NCBI GenBank assembly: GCA_038087875.1
Contig: CM075990.1
Coordinates: forward strand, 8,496,001 to 8,560,000
Direction: 5' to 3'
Length of the DNA stretch: 64,000 nt
Source: Malacoraja senta
Taxonomy: Eukaryota
Under the pieces are notes generated by a model that worked only from the letters and a program-made list of their open reading frames with translations, was not told the origin of the DNA and searched no databases. The translations under genes and the position numbers were made by a program. The first letter of the stretch is position 1, and every line of letters starts with the position of its first letter. Of this stretch, positions 22,450 through 34,810 are shown piece by piece.

Positions 22450-24465
22450 TTAAGAGGAATCTGAGGTAGCATTTTCACACAAAGGGTGGTGGGGTGTATG
22501 GAACGAGTTGCCAGAAGAGGTAGTTAAGGCTGGGACTATCCTAATGTTTAAGAGACATTTGGACAGATTTAGATGGATATGGGCCAAACGCGTGTGAGTG
22601 GGACTAGTTTAGATGGGACATGTTGGTCGGTGTGGGCAAGTTGGGCTGAAAGGCCTGTTTCCACACTGTATCATTCTATGACTAAAAAGTTAAGAAGGAA
22701 AATGCATGTAGATAAGTAGAGCAGATTTGAAAGAGGAGTGAAATGTAAAGGCAGAGAGAGGTTTATGGGTGGAAAAGGAACATATGAAAGGAGGGGCTTG
22801 GGCAGATGGGTGAAGGGAAAATAGACACAAAGTGCTGGAGTAACTCAGTGGGTCAGGCAGCATCTGTGGAGAATATGAATAGGCGACGTTTCATAGAATG
22901 CTGGAGTAAGTCAGTGGGTCAAGCAGCATCTCTGGAGAACATGGATAGATGACATGTCACAGAGTGCTGGAGTAACTCAGTGAGTCAGGCAGCATCTCTG
23001 GAGAAAAGGTATAGATTATATTTCGGGTCAAGACCCTTCTTCAGTAATAGTCATGATGTGACATGCATAGACATTCCTGAATGTTACCCAAACCATCGTG
23101 AGCTACTTTGTGACGGTGCTTGCCCTCTCCTATAACGTCTCTGCTGCCTTGGGTGATGCAGGACAGGACACGAGCTTTGGGACACGGTGTGAAGCTGTTG
23201 CCGTCCATCCCAGCCTGGTAAAAACCTGGATGGAGTGGATGTGGGGAGGATGTTTCCACTAGTGGGAGAGTACAGGACCAGTGGCCACAGCCTCGGAATT
23301 AAAAGACATTTCTTTAGGAAGGAGATGAGCAGGAATTTCTTAAGTCAGAGGGTGGTGAACTGTGGAATTCATTGCCACAGACATCTGTGGAGGTCAAGTC
23401 AATGGACATTTTTCAGGAGGAGATTGATAGATACTTGATTGATACGGGTGCCAGAGGTAATGGGGAGAAGGCAGGAGAATGGGTTGAGAGGGAAAGATAG
23501 ATAGAGTCATAGAGTGGTACAGTGTGGAAACAGGCCCTTTGGCCCAGCATGTCCCATCTGCACTAGTCCCACCTGCCCACGTTTGATCCATATCCCTCCG
23601 AACCTGTCCTATCCATGTACCTGTCTAACTGTTTCTTAAATGTTGCGATAGTCCCTGCCTCAACTACCTCCTCTGGCAGCTTGTTCCATACACCTACCAC
23701 CCTTTGTGTGAAAAACATACCCCTCAGATTCTTATTAAATCTTTTGCCCTTCACCTTAAACTTATGTCCTCTGCTCCTCGATTCACCTACTCTGGGCAAC
23801 AGACTCAACTTGATCTATTCAAATCATGATTTTATACACCTCTATTAGATCATCCCTCATCCTCCTGTGCTCCATGAAATAAGTCCCAGCCTACACAACC
23901 TCTCCCTATAACTCTGGCCCTCTAGTGCTGGCAACATCCTCGTAAATCTTCACTGTACCCTTTCCAGTTTTGATGACATCTTTCCAATAACATGGTGCCC
24001 AGAACTGAATACAATACTCTGAATGCGGCCTCACCACCTTCTTATGCAACTGCAACATGACCTCCCAACTTCTATACTCAGCCTGACCCGCTGAGTTACT
24101 CCAGCACTCTGTGAAACATCATAGAACAGGGCAAGATTAGCAAGTTTGCTGATGATACAGCAGTGAGTGGTTTTGCATATAGTGAAGATGGTTGCGAAAG
24201 ATAGCAGCAGGATCTGGATCAATTAGCCAGGTGGGCAGAGGAATGGTTGATGGTTGCATGGTTCCTTGAAGGTCGTGTCGCAGGTATATCAGGTGGTCAA
24301 AACGTATTTTGGCACTTTGGCCTTCATCAGTCAGAGTATTGAGTATAGAAGTTGGGAGGTCATGTTGCAGTTGTATAAGACGTTGGTGAGACCGCATTTA
24401 GAATATTGTGTTCAGTTCTGGGCACCATGTTATAGGAAAGATGTCAAACTGAAAAGAGTACAGAG
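22450..24465. mobile_element. Cluster of CR1 3'-end fragments in both orientations plus tandem Penelope-derived units
   Basis: FFTQRVVGVWNKLPEEVVEAG (23563-23808, minus) and LQLYKTLVRPHLEYCVQFWAP (24254-24568, plus). Three ~61-bp tandem units at 22822-23045. Confidence 0.8.
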
Positions 24466-24467
24466 AT

Positions 24468-25445
24468 CCCCATCCTGGATCAGTCCAATCAGGATTGTGT
24501 CGCCCGCAAACTTGAGAAGCTTGACAGAGGTGTCTGTGGAGGTGCAGTCATTGGTGTGGCGAGAGTAGAGGAGAGGGGAGAGTACGCATCTGCGGTGATC
24601 CTATGCTGAGCGTTTGCGGGTCCGAGATATGCTTCCCCGTCTCACATGCTGCTTCCTGTCTGTCAGAAAGCTGGTGATCCACCGACAGAGGGGTTCAGGC
24701 ACAGTCAACTCAGAAAGTTTGGAGTGTAGTAGCTCTGGCACAATTTGTGTTGAATGCAGAGGTAAAATCAACAAACAAAATCCTCGCATAGGTCCCATGG
24801 CTGTCTAGGTGCTGGAGGATGAAGTGTAGACCCAGATTGACTACGTCATCCACAGATCTATTGGCCCGATATGCAAAATGCAGATGGTCCAGCAGAGGGA
24901 TTGTGATATTTTTCAGCTTGGCCAGCACAAGCCTTTCAACGGTCTTCATGACTACAGAGGTCAGTGCGACAAGCCTGTAGTCATTAAGACCAATAATCCT
25001 TACCTTTTTGGGTACAGGGACAATAGTGGAGACTTTGAAGCAGGCAGGGACAGTACATCTTTGCAGGGACTGGTTAAAAATGAGTAATTGGGGTGTGAAG
25101 TGTTGGTTGGGGTGAGAAAGGGTCTGCTCTTTTCATACTGGAGTCTTGCCTTAAGTAGGAGTGAAGTGGTGAATGGGAAGGAGAGGGTGCAGGGTACATT
25201 CTTTGCAGACTGGGGTCTGGCTGTGTTTGTTGGGGAGGGTTACGTTTCTGATTTTCAAACATGCAGTAAAACTCATTCAGGTTGTTCGTCAGCTGACGAT
25301 TGTCCAAAGAGCGGGGGGCTTTCCTCTTATAGCTGGTGATTTCTTGCATGCCCTTCCAAACTGAAGAAGAGTCACTAGCTGAGAACTTGCTCCTCAATTT
25401 CTCAGAGTACCTTTCCTTGGCAGCTCTGATTCCTCTTCTCAGCTC
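24468..25445 (-). pseudogene. Rex1/Babar-type LINE RT fragment (frameshifted)
   Basis: [67 protein letters not shown] (degenerate FADDT). Confidence 0.85.
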
Positions 25446-25544
25446 TTTATCGATTAGGCTATCTTTTAACTCTTTAACGATTAGGCTATCGGCTTGACGC
25501 ATATTGCCCCCCCTCTTTCTGGCGGGGGGGGGCGAAGATGAAGG

Positions 25545-25735
25545 TGGCGCGGGCCCAGCAGGGGCCCAGCGGGCGGGGGGCGATGAAGGTGGCGTAGGCC
25601 CAGCGGGGGTGACGTGGGCCCAGCGGGGGTGGCGTGGGCCCAGCGGGGGTGGCGTGGGCCCAGCGGGGTGGCATGGGCCCAGTGGGGGTCAGTGGGAGTG
25701 GCGTGGGCCCAACGGGGGTGGCGTGGGGGGAAGAT
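25545..25735. repeat. GC-rich ~20-bp tandem repeat (ggcgtgggcccagcgggggt)
   Basis: About 8 degenerate copies visible. Confidence 0.85.
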
Positions 25736-26914
25736 GGCTTGGGCCCTGGTGGCGGGGGGAGGCGAGGGGAGCGGGCCCCGCCGCAGCGGCGTCTGGTGTT
25801 GGGGTTACAGCCGCTGGGTTCAGATTCAGCCACTCCCGCCCGGCGACGGGAGAACGGTCTCCCGCCCGGGCCCACTGCGCACGCGTGGAGAGACGGCGTC
25901 ATTTTGCGTCGCTTCCCCAACTGCACAGGTTGCATTTTTTCTCCCAAATCATCCAGCGGCCGGAACCAGAATTTCAGGCGCTTTCCCGACAAAGTGGAAA
26001 CGTTGATTTTCACACCCAACGCACCCCCCCCTTCGGACGTCCATGAACGTCAACCATTCCTTCTATCTAGAGACACTGCCTGTCCCGCTGAGTTACTCCA
26101 GTATTTTGTGTCTATCTTTGAAGATTTTTTCATCCCTGGTTACAAATGGTTACCCTGCTCTTTGATCTTTGCCATTTTCCTTCTGATAAATGCCCTATTG
26201 TTAAATGAGTCCACCTTGAGAACGAGCTTTGCCTTCCCTTGTTCAATACTCATTGTGGTTTAAATGTGTTCATTTGGTTGCTTTTCTGCAGTTGGTTGAT
26301 GAATCAATGATTAAAAGATCAAATGGTTGATGAATCGAATGATTAAGTAGGTGAGGAGATTAACCGCCAGTATTTTTCTGTGACAACACGGCTATCTTGC
26401 ACACTGAACGAGATTAAACTTGAACTCATCAGTGAAACATAAGATTCCAAAGAAAGATTCCGCTTGTGTTGCCCTTGACAAAAATGAGATGAAATTTAGT
26501 GGTCAAATTAATATTGCATTTGAATTTCCAAACTAAGTTTGAGTCTGAAGAAGGGTCTCGACCTGAAATGTCACCTATTCCCTTTTCTCTAGAGCTGCTG
26601 TCTGACCTGCTGAGTTTCTTCAGCTTTTGTCTATATTCATCATGAAATATAAGAGTTTGGTTTAAAGTTGTAGAGAGCTGAAGACTGATGATTGTTTTCA
26701 TGGCATCATTCAGACATGGTATCGGAAGTGTGACCATGTCATGGGCTTTGACTTCAGTTGTTTAATACACATTGTGGTTTAAATGCATTAATGGAGTTGC
26801 TTTGCCTTGTTGATGAATCAAATTATTAACTGGGTGAGAAGATTAATTGTCTGGCTTCTTCTGTGACAACTGGGCTGTTTTGAAAACTAAGAGAATTTGC
26901 TGGTGAGTTCAATA

Positions 26915-27325
26915 AAGGCACAAAACGCTGGAGTAACTCAGCGGGACTGGCAGCATCTCCGGAGAGGAGTGGGTGACGTTTTGTGTCGAGACCCTTCTTA
27001 ACACTGAGAGTCAGTGTGGAGAGGGAAGCTCGAGATATGGAAGGGTAAGGTGTGAAAACGACGGATCAAAGCATATGAAGCTCAAGGGAATGTAGAATGA
27101 TTCATTGTTGGCTGAGGGGATGGTGACAACAAGGGGAGGGGACTGGTGTTGCATCTCCTGCGGTTGCAGGCGAAAGTACCCAACGAGGGGGTCGTGTGGG
27201 TGGGAAGGAATGAGTTAACAAGGGAGTTTCGGAGGGAACGGTCTCTGCGGAAAGCGGAAAGCGGTAGAGATGGGAAGGTGTGGCTAGTAGTGGGATCCCG
27301 TTGGAGGTGGCAAAGGTTTGCTTGC
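26915..27325 (-). mobile_element. Penelope-like element fragment (RT-endonuclease linker joined to 3' repeat)
   Basis: HLQRDPTTSHTFPSLPLSAFRRDRSLRNSLV..GTFACNRRRCNT (27082-27348) matches the PLE linker, and is followed by the hammerhead-bearing repeat at ~26975-27005. Confidence 0.8.
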
Positions 27326-27721
27326 CATATGCTGTGTTGCCATTGCAAGGAGCAGCTGGGTGGGGTAGAGGGTTGGGGATAGTGGGCAAGTCCTGCAATG
27401 AAGAGGCCTTACAATGCACGTTCTGAAGACTTTGTGAGGGGAGGTGATCGCTGAAAGATGTGACACAAACTTTCTAAGAGTGTTGAATGGACAGTGCTAT
27501 TGGTGTTTGCCTTTGGCCTGATAAGACTACACTGGGACATAGCAAGGGGAGTGAGTGCCTGAGAGCAGAATTTGATGGACAAGTGGAGTGATATGGAGGT
27601 TAACAATTTAACTGTTCACTACCAGATAGATAGTTTGAAGGGAAACTGGCAAAAAATCATGGTTCACATGGGAAATCTACAATCATCAGGTTCTTGATCC
27701 ATTATACGCCCTAATTCTACC

Positions 27722-27948
27722 TCTGTGTATGAAGGAACTACAGATGCTGGTTTACACCGAGGATAGACACAAAATGCTGGAGTAACTCAGCAGGAAAGAC
27801 AGCATCTCTGGATCAAAGGAATGGGTGACGTTTCGGGTCGAGATCCTTCTTCAGACGCAGTCCCAATTGGGAGTATTGGGAACTCAGTCTGAAGAAGGGT
27901 CTCGACCCAAAACGTCACCCATTCCTTCCATCCAGAGATGCTGCCTGT
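27722..27948. mobile_element. Fold-back Penelope-derived element with 12-bp TSD
   Basis: CCTAATTCTACC at 27710-27721 and 27949-27960. Inverted arms around a hairpin-like spacer. Confidence 0.8.
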
Positions 27949-28271
27949 CCTAATTCTACCATGACGGTAGAACACTATGGTTAATCTCTTGCCCTACAGT
28001 AGACTTGTATTTTTTTAATTAATTTGATTTTTCTAATCTTTTGTAATTTTTATTGATTTGCTTTTTGCATTAATCGCTTGTATTTTGTGTGCACAACCTT
28101 CTTCCTTTTAGAAATGTTATATATAATTGATGTATGATTTGTTTTTGTTTGTTTAAGTCTATTTGCCTGTGGCACTGCTGCAAGCAAGATTAGTCATTAT
28201 GCTGAAGATAGACACAATATGCTGGAGTAACTCAGTGGGACAGGCAGCATCTCTGGAGGGAAGGAATGGGT

Positions 28272-28299
28272 GACGTTTCGGGTCGAGACCCTTCTTCAG
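28272..28299 (-). ncRNA. Minimal type I hammerhead-ribozyme-like motif (consensus copy) in a Penelope-derived repeat
   Basis: Minus strand CTGAAGA-A-GGGT-CTCG-ACCC-GAAAC-GTC: CUGANGA and GAAA core boxes, 4-bp stem II, palindromic ACGU helix III, GUC cleavage triplet. Helix I is weak. Confidence 0.65.
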
Positions 28300-30184
28300 A
28301 CTGAGAGTCAGAGGAAAGGGAAATGAGGGGTATCGACGGTCATGTAGAGAGATATAGAACAAATGCATGAAAATCCCACTGAGTTACTCCAGCATTTTGT
28401 GTCTATCCTCGGTTTAAACTGGCATCTGCAGTTCCTTCCTACACATTTTGTCCTTATACTTGTAGCTCATTGTACATGCATATGAGGCAATAAAAACCTG
28501 TCTTGCATCAGTGCCATAGGATAGAATCACTCTGATTCTCCCATATGGAGTTTGCCCATTTTGGAGAGAGGTGTAAGAACAGCAGCAGAAGCAGCAAGAT
28601 AGCAGTTTTAGTATGCTGTATTTTTAATATTTTTTTGGATAACATCAGCAACATACTGTCAAAAGTCGTCAAATGGTGAGCCACCTTATTGAAGCAGCAC
28701 AGTATTGAAGCATCTGTGAGTCTGAAGAAAGGTCTCACCTGAAACAGCACCTATTCTATTTCTCCAGAGAAGTTGCCTAACCCGCTGAGTTACTCCAGCA
28801 TTTTGTGTCTGAGGGAAGTTGCTTTATTTTATTGTCCTGCTTTATCTCTTCAGGCCAAGATAGACACAAAAAGCTGGAGTAACTCAGCGGGCTAGGCAGC
28901 ATTTCTGGAGAGAAGGAATGGGTGACGTTTTGGGTCAAGACTCTTCTTCAGACCTCTTCAGTCACCCGTTCCCAACAGTGTTAGACCAGCTGATGAAGGG
29001 TCTCGACCCGAAATGTCACCTATTCCATTTCTCCAGGGAAGCTGCCTGACCCGCTGAGTTACTCCAACATTTTGTGTCTATCTTCACAATAAAGTTATTC
29101 GTAGGCAACTTTTTTGGGTCAGGACCCTTCTTCAGACTGATGTCTGATTAAGGATCCCGAATCCCCAACATTGACTGTCCATTCCCTCCACGGATGCTGC
29201 CTGACTCGCGGAGGTACCTCGGCACTTTGTGCTTTGCTCATGATCCCAGCATCTGCAGTTGCTTATCTCTCTAAGGTACTTGTACAATTAAATCACATTG
29301 TAAAATGAAAATACTGGCCTCCCCGTGGCTAAGTTGACTCTCCATAAAAGCAGTACAATTTTGTTCATTTTTCCATTTCGTTCTATCATTACCGAACATT
29401 CCCCCCCCCCCCCCCCTCATATATCTCATATATATATGGAGCTATCTTTTGAAAGATTATTACATTTGCTTCCACCATGGTTTCATGAAGTGCATTCACT
29501 GAATTGTAACAGTTCAACATATTTTTTTTTAATCCTCATCCCCACTCTTGTATTTTTTTCAAATCTATCTTCTGTGCTTCCCGAACCTTAAGGCAGTGGA
29601 ATCAATTTCACCCTATTGATCAGCCCAAACCCCTTGTGATCCTGAACACCAAAATGAAATCTCCATTAACCTTGTCTGAGAGAGAACAAACTCATTTTCT
29701 TCAATGTCTCCGGAGTTAGGCCATAGAGATGCAATAATCTCGTTGAACAGTGCTACGGGTTGAAGAGGAAAAATGGGCTTTTTCTTTTCTTATGTTTCAA
29801 TCAAGGTAACTGGATCTGCTCATCCCTGGGGCTGTTCCAGTGAATCCTCTTTATGCCTCTCCAAGGCTAACATCAGTAGTAGGGGAATTATTGGAAGACA
29901 TTCTGAGGGACAAGATTAATGGTCATCTGGTAAGTCAAGGACTAATCAGAGATAGCCAGCATGGTTTTCTCCAGTAGAGATACTGCTTGACAAACCTGAA
30001 TGACATTTGACGAAGTGTATTGATGAGTGTAGTGCAGTAGATGCAGTAGAATTTAATTGTACCTAGGTACATGTGACAATAAAGTATCATTTGTTCTTTC
30101 ATTCATTCATTCATTCATTCATCCATTCATTCACTCATTTATTCATTCAGAGATGTGGTTTACATGGACTTATTGAAGAGCTTA

Positions 30185-30384
30185 NNNNNNNNNNNNNNNN
30201 NNNNNNNNNNNNNNNNNNNNNNNNNNNNNNNNNNNNNNNNNNNNNNNNNNNNNNNNNNNNNNNNNNNNNNNNNNNNNNNNNNNNNNNNNNNNNNNNNNNN
30301 NNNNNNNNNNNNNNNNNNNNNNNNNNNNNNNNNNNNNNNNNNNNNNNNNNNNNNNNNNNNNNNNNNNNNNNNNNNNNNNNNNNN
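30185..30384. other. Assembly gap (200 N)
   Basis: Run of N. Confidence 1.
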
Positions 30385-32041
30385 ATTGCCTATTGTCTAT
30401 TGTCTATTGTCTTAAAGGATTCCAATTTTGATTTAACTCATGATAACTAATCAAAGTCAACTATTCACACATAAAACAGGTCAATGCTTTAAGCTATTTA
30501 TTGCTCGGAACACAGGAGGATTGGGGGTGATCTTATCGAGGTGATTAAAATCATGAGGGGAATAGATAGCATGAATGCATGTCTTTTCAGGGAATCAAGA
30601 ACCAGAGGACACAGGTTTAAGTTGAGAAGGGGCAGATTTCATAGGAATCTGAGGGGCACAGTGGGTGGCGGGTATATGGTTGAGTCAGATACTATAACAA
30701 CATTTAAAAGACATTTGGACAGGTGCATGGGTAGGAAAGGTTTAGAGGAATGTCAGGCACAATGTGGGCAGGTGGGACTAATGTTGATGGAGCATCTTGG
30801 TCGGCGTGGGCAAGTTGGAGGGAAGTGCCTGTTTCCGAACTGTATGAATCTATGACTAATAAACAAGCAGATCGACATTTAATCATGGCTGATCTCTCTT
30901 TCCCTCTCAACCTCATTCTCCTGCTTCCACCTCATAAACCCTGACACCCTTTACCCTCAACTTTTATGGTTACTTCTTCAAAACCTCAATCAGATTTGTA
31001 GGACACAACTCCCGTGTACAAAACCATGCTGACTATCTCTAATCAGCCGCTGTCTATCCAAATGAACATATATCTTTTCCCTCCGAATACCCAACAGTAA
31101 CATCGTGCCTACCTACCACAGATGTTAAATGAATACAAGGTACACTCTCTAGATGGTAGCTTCAAATACGCTTGGAAGGTAGCATGAATCTTCATCCAGA
31201 AATCAACATTTCAGTGAACAATGTGTCTTCAACCAATGTTTTGTTCTGTGTGAAAACCTCATTAGTGAGCAGTTCTGTGTACCAAGACATTGACAATGCA
31301 TTGTGGGAAAGTAGCCAAACATACACTGTGTAAATTGGCATTTGTTATCAGCAGTGACTGATGTCACTAATTTTCTGCAAAGGACTAAAACAAATTTGCA
31401 CAGCGATTTCCCAGATCAAAGAGGGAAATGCTACTTTCAGTTGACACTCTGTTAAATCGAGATATGTTTCTTTGCAATTCAACTTATCTACTTTAAACAA
31501 TAATTTCCTCTATTAAATTAATACAAATACTTTAAAGATCAACATTCGTTGCAGGGTTTGGTTCGATCAATATTCGTCTCTTTACTTTATACAGTGACAG
31601 TAAGTCAAACATTTGTCCTCTAGCTGTAACATTGCTTGTGATTATGCTGGGCTCCTGTATTAATGTATTGAAAAGCAATTTCCCTGGAGTATTCTTCACA
31701 ACGTTGGCTCTCTAGGTTCAAGGAATCCCAATCTGCCACTTTCAGGTATTTCTTGGATATCTTTAGCTCTGTGTGTTTTATTAAAGTCTTAGTGTTAGAG
31801 AACCATAACCCATCTGTAAACGACCTGATCCGAGTGGCACTACTATCTCCTTTGTTATTGTTACGTGTGTACATGCGAATGTGATCATATTCACTTTCCA
31901 ACTCTTCTCTCTCGTCCATTGTCACTATATCCCCCTCACCATTGATCTTCCTATTCCCCTTCCCCTTGTTTGTGCTGCATAATCTTTATGTTTCCTGTGA
32001 GCAAGCCCTACCATGGGCGTCTTCTCGTTAGTGCTATCCTC

Positions 32042-32678
32042 CAGGGGCGGAAAACACGGGGGGGCCAGAGGGGACACGTCCCCCCCATGTATTTGAGAGG
32101 TGGGGGACATCCCCCCCAAGTTTTTGTCATCCGTATTTTTAAATCTCCGCTTTCCGCGAGGCAGTGGGGGTGGGACTGATGATCGAGGGCGCGATGATTG
32201 CAGGAGGGAGGAGTGGGGGGGGGGGGGTGGGAATGAGGATAGAGCGCGGCGATTGGAGGAGGGAGACATGGCACAGACCTGCGCCTCATCCGCAGGCTGG
32301 ATCGATCCCGGCCAGGTCTCCGGCACTGTCCCGCGTGCCCCCCCCCCCACGGGTGGCCAGAGAGGTCGGGAGTCAGACTGGACCTGTGCCCCCAGGCCCA
32401 CAGCCAGCGCAGAGAAACAGCACTAAACCCGACTCACTCTGCCTGTCCTGCCTGGGCTTGTGAGAAATATGGCCAGCGTGGAGAAGCAATGCTGGTGACC
32501 CGTCAGTCCAGACAGGGCTGTAGTTAACCCGGCGAGACAGGCAGTGTTGAGCTGCATTTAGTGCTGGATTGAGCCTTCGAAGCCTCGCGTGTGTGTGTGA
32601 GTGTGCGCATGCGCGCGCGGCCGCCAAAAAATTGTGTCCCCCGTCCCCTCTATGTTTTGATAGCGAGATCTGCTCTTG
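32042..32678. mobile_element. Non-autonomous hAT-type DNA transposon
   Basis: Perfect 8-bp TSD CTATCCTC at 32034-32041 and 32679-32686. Imperfect TIRs CAGGGGCGGA / TCTGCTCTTG. Subterminal ggggacac/tgtcccc motifs. Confidence 0.8.
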
Positions 32679-32854
32679 CTATCCTCGATACTTCGATACT
32701 TCCATTGTCCTGCAGCCCACCCTTTATGCAAATGTTCCTCAATTTGTCCACAACCATCATTCCGCAAATTCATCAGTCAGAGGGTAGTTAATCTGAGGAA
32801 CTCATTGCCACTGAAGGCTGTGGACACGCATCTCACATATTTGATGCCAAAGAG

Positions 32855-33350
32855 AGACAAAAATGCTGGAGAAACTCAGCGAGTGAGGCAACATCTATGG
32901 AGCGAAGGAAATAGGTGACGTTTCGGGTCGAGACCCTTCTTCAGATTGATGTGAGGGTGAGGGGGAGCGGGAAGAAGAAAGGAAAAGGCGGAGCCAGTGG
33001 GCTGAGGGAGAGCTGAGAAGGGGAGGAGAAAGTAGGGACTAGCTGCAATTAGAGAAGTCAATGTTCATACCGCTGGGGTGCAAACTGCCCAAGCGAAATA
33101 TGAGGTGCTGCTCCTCCAAATAACGGTAGTCCTCACTCTAGCCATGGAGGAGGCCCAGGACAGAAAGATCGGATTCGGAATGGGAGGGGGAGTTGTAGTG
33201 CTGAGCCACCGGGAGATCAGGTTGGTTATTGCGAACCAAGTGGAGGTGTTGGGCGAAGCGATCGCCAAGCCTACGCTTGGTCTCAACGATATGGAGCAGC
33301 TGACATCTAGAGCAGCAGATGCAATAAATGAGGTTGGAGGAGGTGCTGGT
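32855..33350 (-). mobile_element. Penelope-like element 3' fragment: GIY-YIG endonuclease remnant + 3' UTR + hammerhead-like motif
   Basis: TSSNLIYCICCSRCQLLHIVETKRRLGDRFAQHL..PVAQHYNSPSHSESDLSVLGL (33138-33440 ORF) is the PLE GIY-YIG domain. It continues to EEQHLIFRLGSLHPSGMNIDFS, then an intact core at 32917-32944. Confidence 0.9.
32917..32944 (-). ncRNA. Minimal hammerhead-ribozyme-like motif ~100 nt downstream of the PLE endonuclease ORF
   Basis: Minus strand CTGAAGAAGGGTCTCGACCCGAAACGTC. Confidence 0.65.
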
Positions 33351-34174
33351 AATGCCAACCTTTTTGATGCCAACCTTGGTCAACAAGTTAGAGGATGGTC
33401 CTCTACCCCAGGAGGCAAGGAGATCCTCTGAGAAAATCACAGTGGACTGAGAAACCCATGTTTGTGGAGAGGAATTTGGGCCATGCAGCTTCAGGAGGTG
33501 AATGCACTGCTTCCGATGATCTAGTTAAACATCTTGACCCTGTTTAGGTGATCTCTTTTCTCACATCCACCACACAGCAAAGCATTCTCATTTTTATTGA
33601 ATGGTGGACAGGCTCACTGAATCGCACCTTAACAACAACGACCCAGGGGAAGCCGTCCTCCCAGTTTGTGTCGCAATTTGCCAGGTAATTCCTTGCAGCT
33701 GCCTATTTAAAAATCAAATTTCGTATTCTGAGTCGTTTAGTTGAGTGTTCTGTGGAATGATAGACTGCCAGATAGCAAAATGAATTAGTGACCTTGTCAT
33801 TTTCAAGCTTATTACAAAGGAACACATGTATTTCTATACGCCTTTCATAGCTGCAGTATGTCCCAAAGCATTTACGACTAACAGACTACTTTCCAAGTGT
33901 AATCGCTTTTGTAATGTAGAAAGCATGAGAAGCAATTTGTGCTCAGTAAGTATTCACGAACATGATGCTCACAATGGCCAGATAATTTGTTTTAAATAAT
34001 GATATTGATTGAAGGATAAATATTAACTTGCACCCAGGAATAACTTCTCAACCCTTCTCCAAAATTGTGCTGCGGGATATATCACTTCCACCTGGAATAT
34101 CAGACAGGGCATAAGTTTAAGATCTCATCAGAAACCCTTATCATTGACTTTGACAACCAAACAAGTAAGTTGGC

Positions 34175-34810
34175 TAAATCTCAGTGGGTCGGGCAGCATC
34201 ACTGGAGCACATGGATAGGTGATGTGTAGGAAATGCAGATATTGGTTTACACTGAAGATATAAACACAAAATGCGGCTGGAGTAACTCAGCGGGACAGGC
34301 AACATCTCTGGAGAGAACGAATGGGTGACGTTTCGGATGTTGCCTGTCCTGCTGAGTTACTCAGGCATTTGGTGTCTATTTATGGATAGGTGATGTTTCA
34401 GGTCGGGAGGAGGGGGGGGGGAGGGGGGTGGGGGGGTAAAGAAAGTTGGAAGTGAGAGGCAGGATGAAGCCTGGCAAATAATATGTTGATGCACGTTGGC
34501 AGAAGGGGTGGTTGATAGGTAGCTGGTCGGACAAAGGCCTGGGAAGAAAGAACAAGAAGGGGCGAGACAAAAGAATTGAAGAGTTGTGAGCTGTGGAGCT
34601 GAGGAAGGAATTTAGATGGAAGGGGAGGGTGAGGAGAGAAATTGATGTAAGTTCAGGTGGGGGACAAACGAAGGAGGGGGTGAGGAAAGGGGGTGGGGAG
34701 GGGATTTAAGTTACCTAAAATTGTAGAATTCAATGTTAATGCCGTTTGGTTATAAGCTACCCAAGCGGAATACGAGGCGCTGTTCCTCCAGTTTACGTGT
34801 GGCCTGGTTT
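34175..34810 (-). mobile_element. Penelope-like 3' fragment with a nested fold-back repeat
   Basis: The minus strand of ~34715-34800 reads RKLEEQRLVFRLGSL*PNGINIEF. Purine-rich UTR on the plus strand. Nested fold-back at ~34225-34378. Confidence 0.7.

Larger units (their letters stand above)
22244..26045. mobile_element. Putative composite TIR element (hAT-like ends, 5-bp duplication) enclosing assorted retroelement debris
   Basis: Ends CAGGCCCGTACGAAG (22244-22258) and CTTCGGACGTCCATG (26031-26045) are an 11/15 inverted match. AACGT at 22239-22243 and 26046-26050. The flanks are complementary halves of one Penelope-derived repeat. Confidence 0.5.

Noticed and set aside
25486..26263. Gly/Pro-rich ORFs in several frames
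   Set aside because: Arise from a GC-rich 20-bp tandem repeat and subterminal transposon sequence.
30073..30450. ORFs spanning N runs (also 56116-56734)
   Set aside because: Artefacts of assembly gaps.
31620..31970. 101-aa minus-strand ORF, preceded by GIGRSMVRGI, which resembles the CR1 esterase GDSIVRG motif
   Set aside because: Similarity is too weak to call without an alignment; it may be an ancient ORF1 relic or chance.
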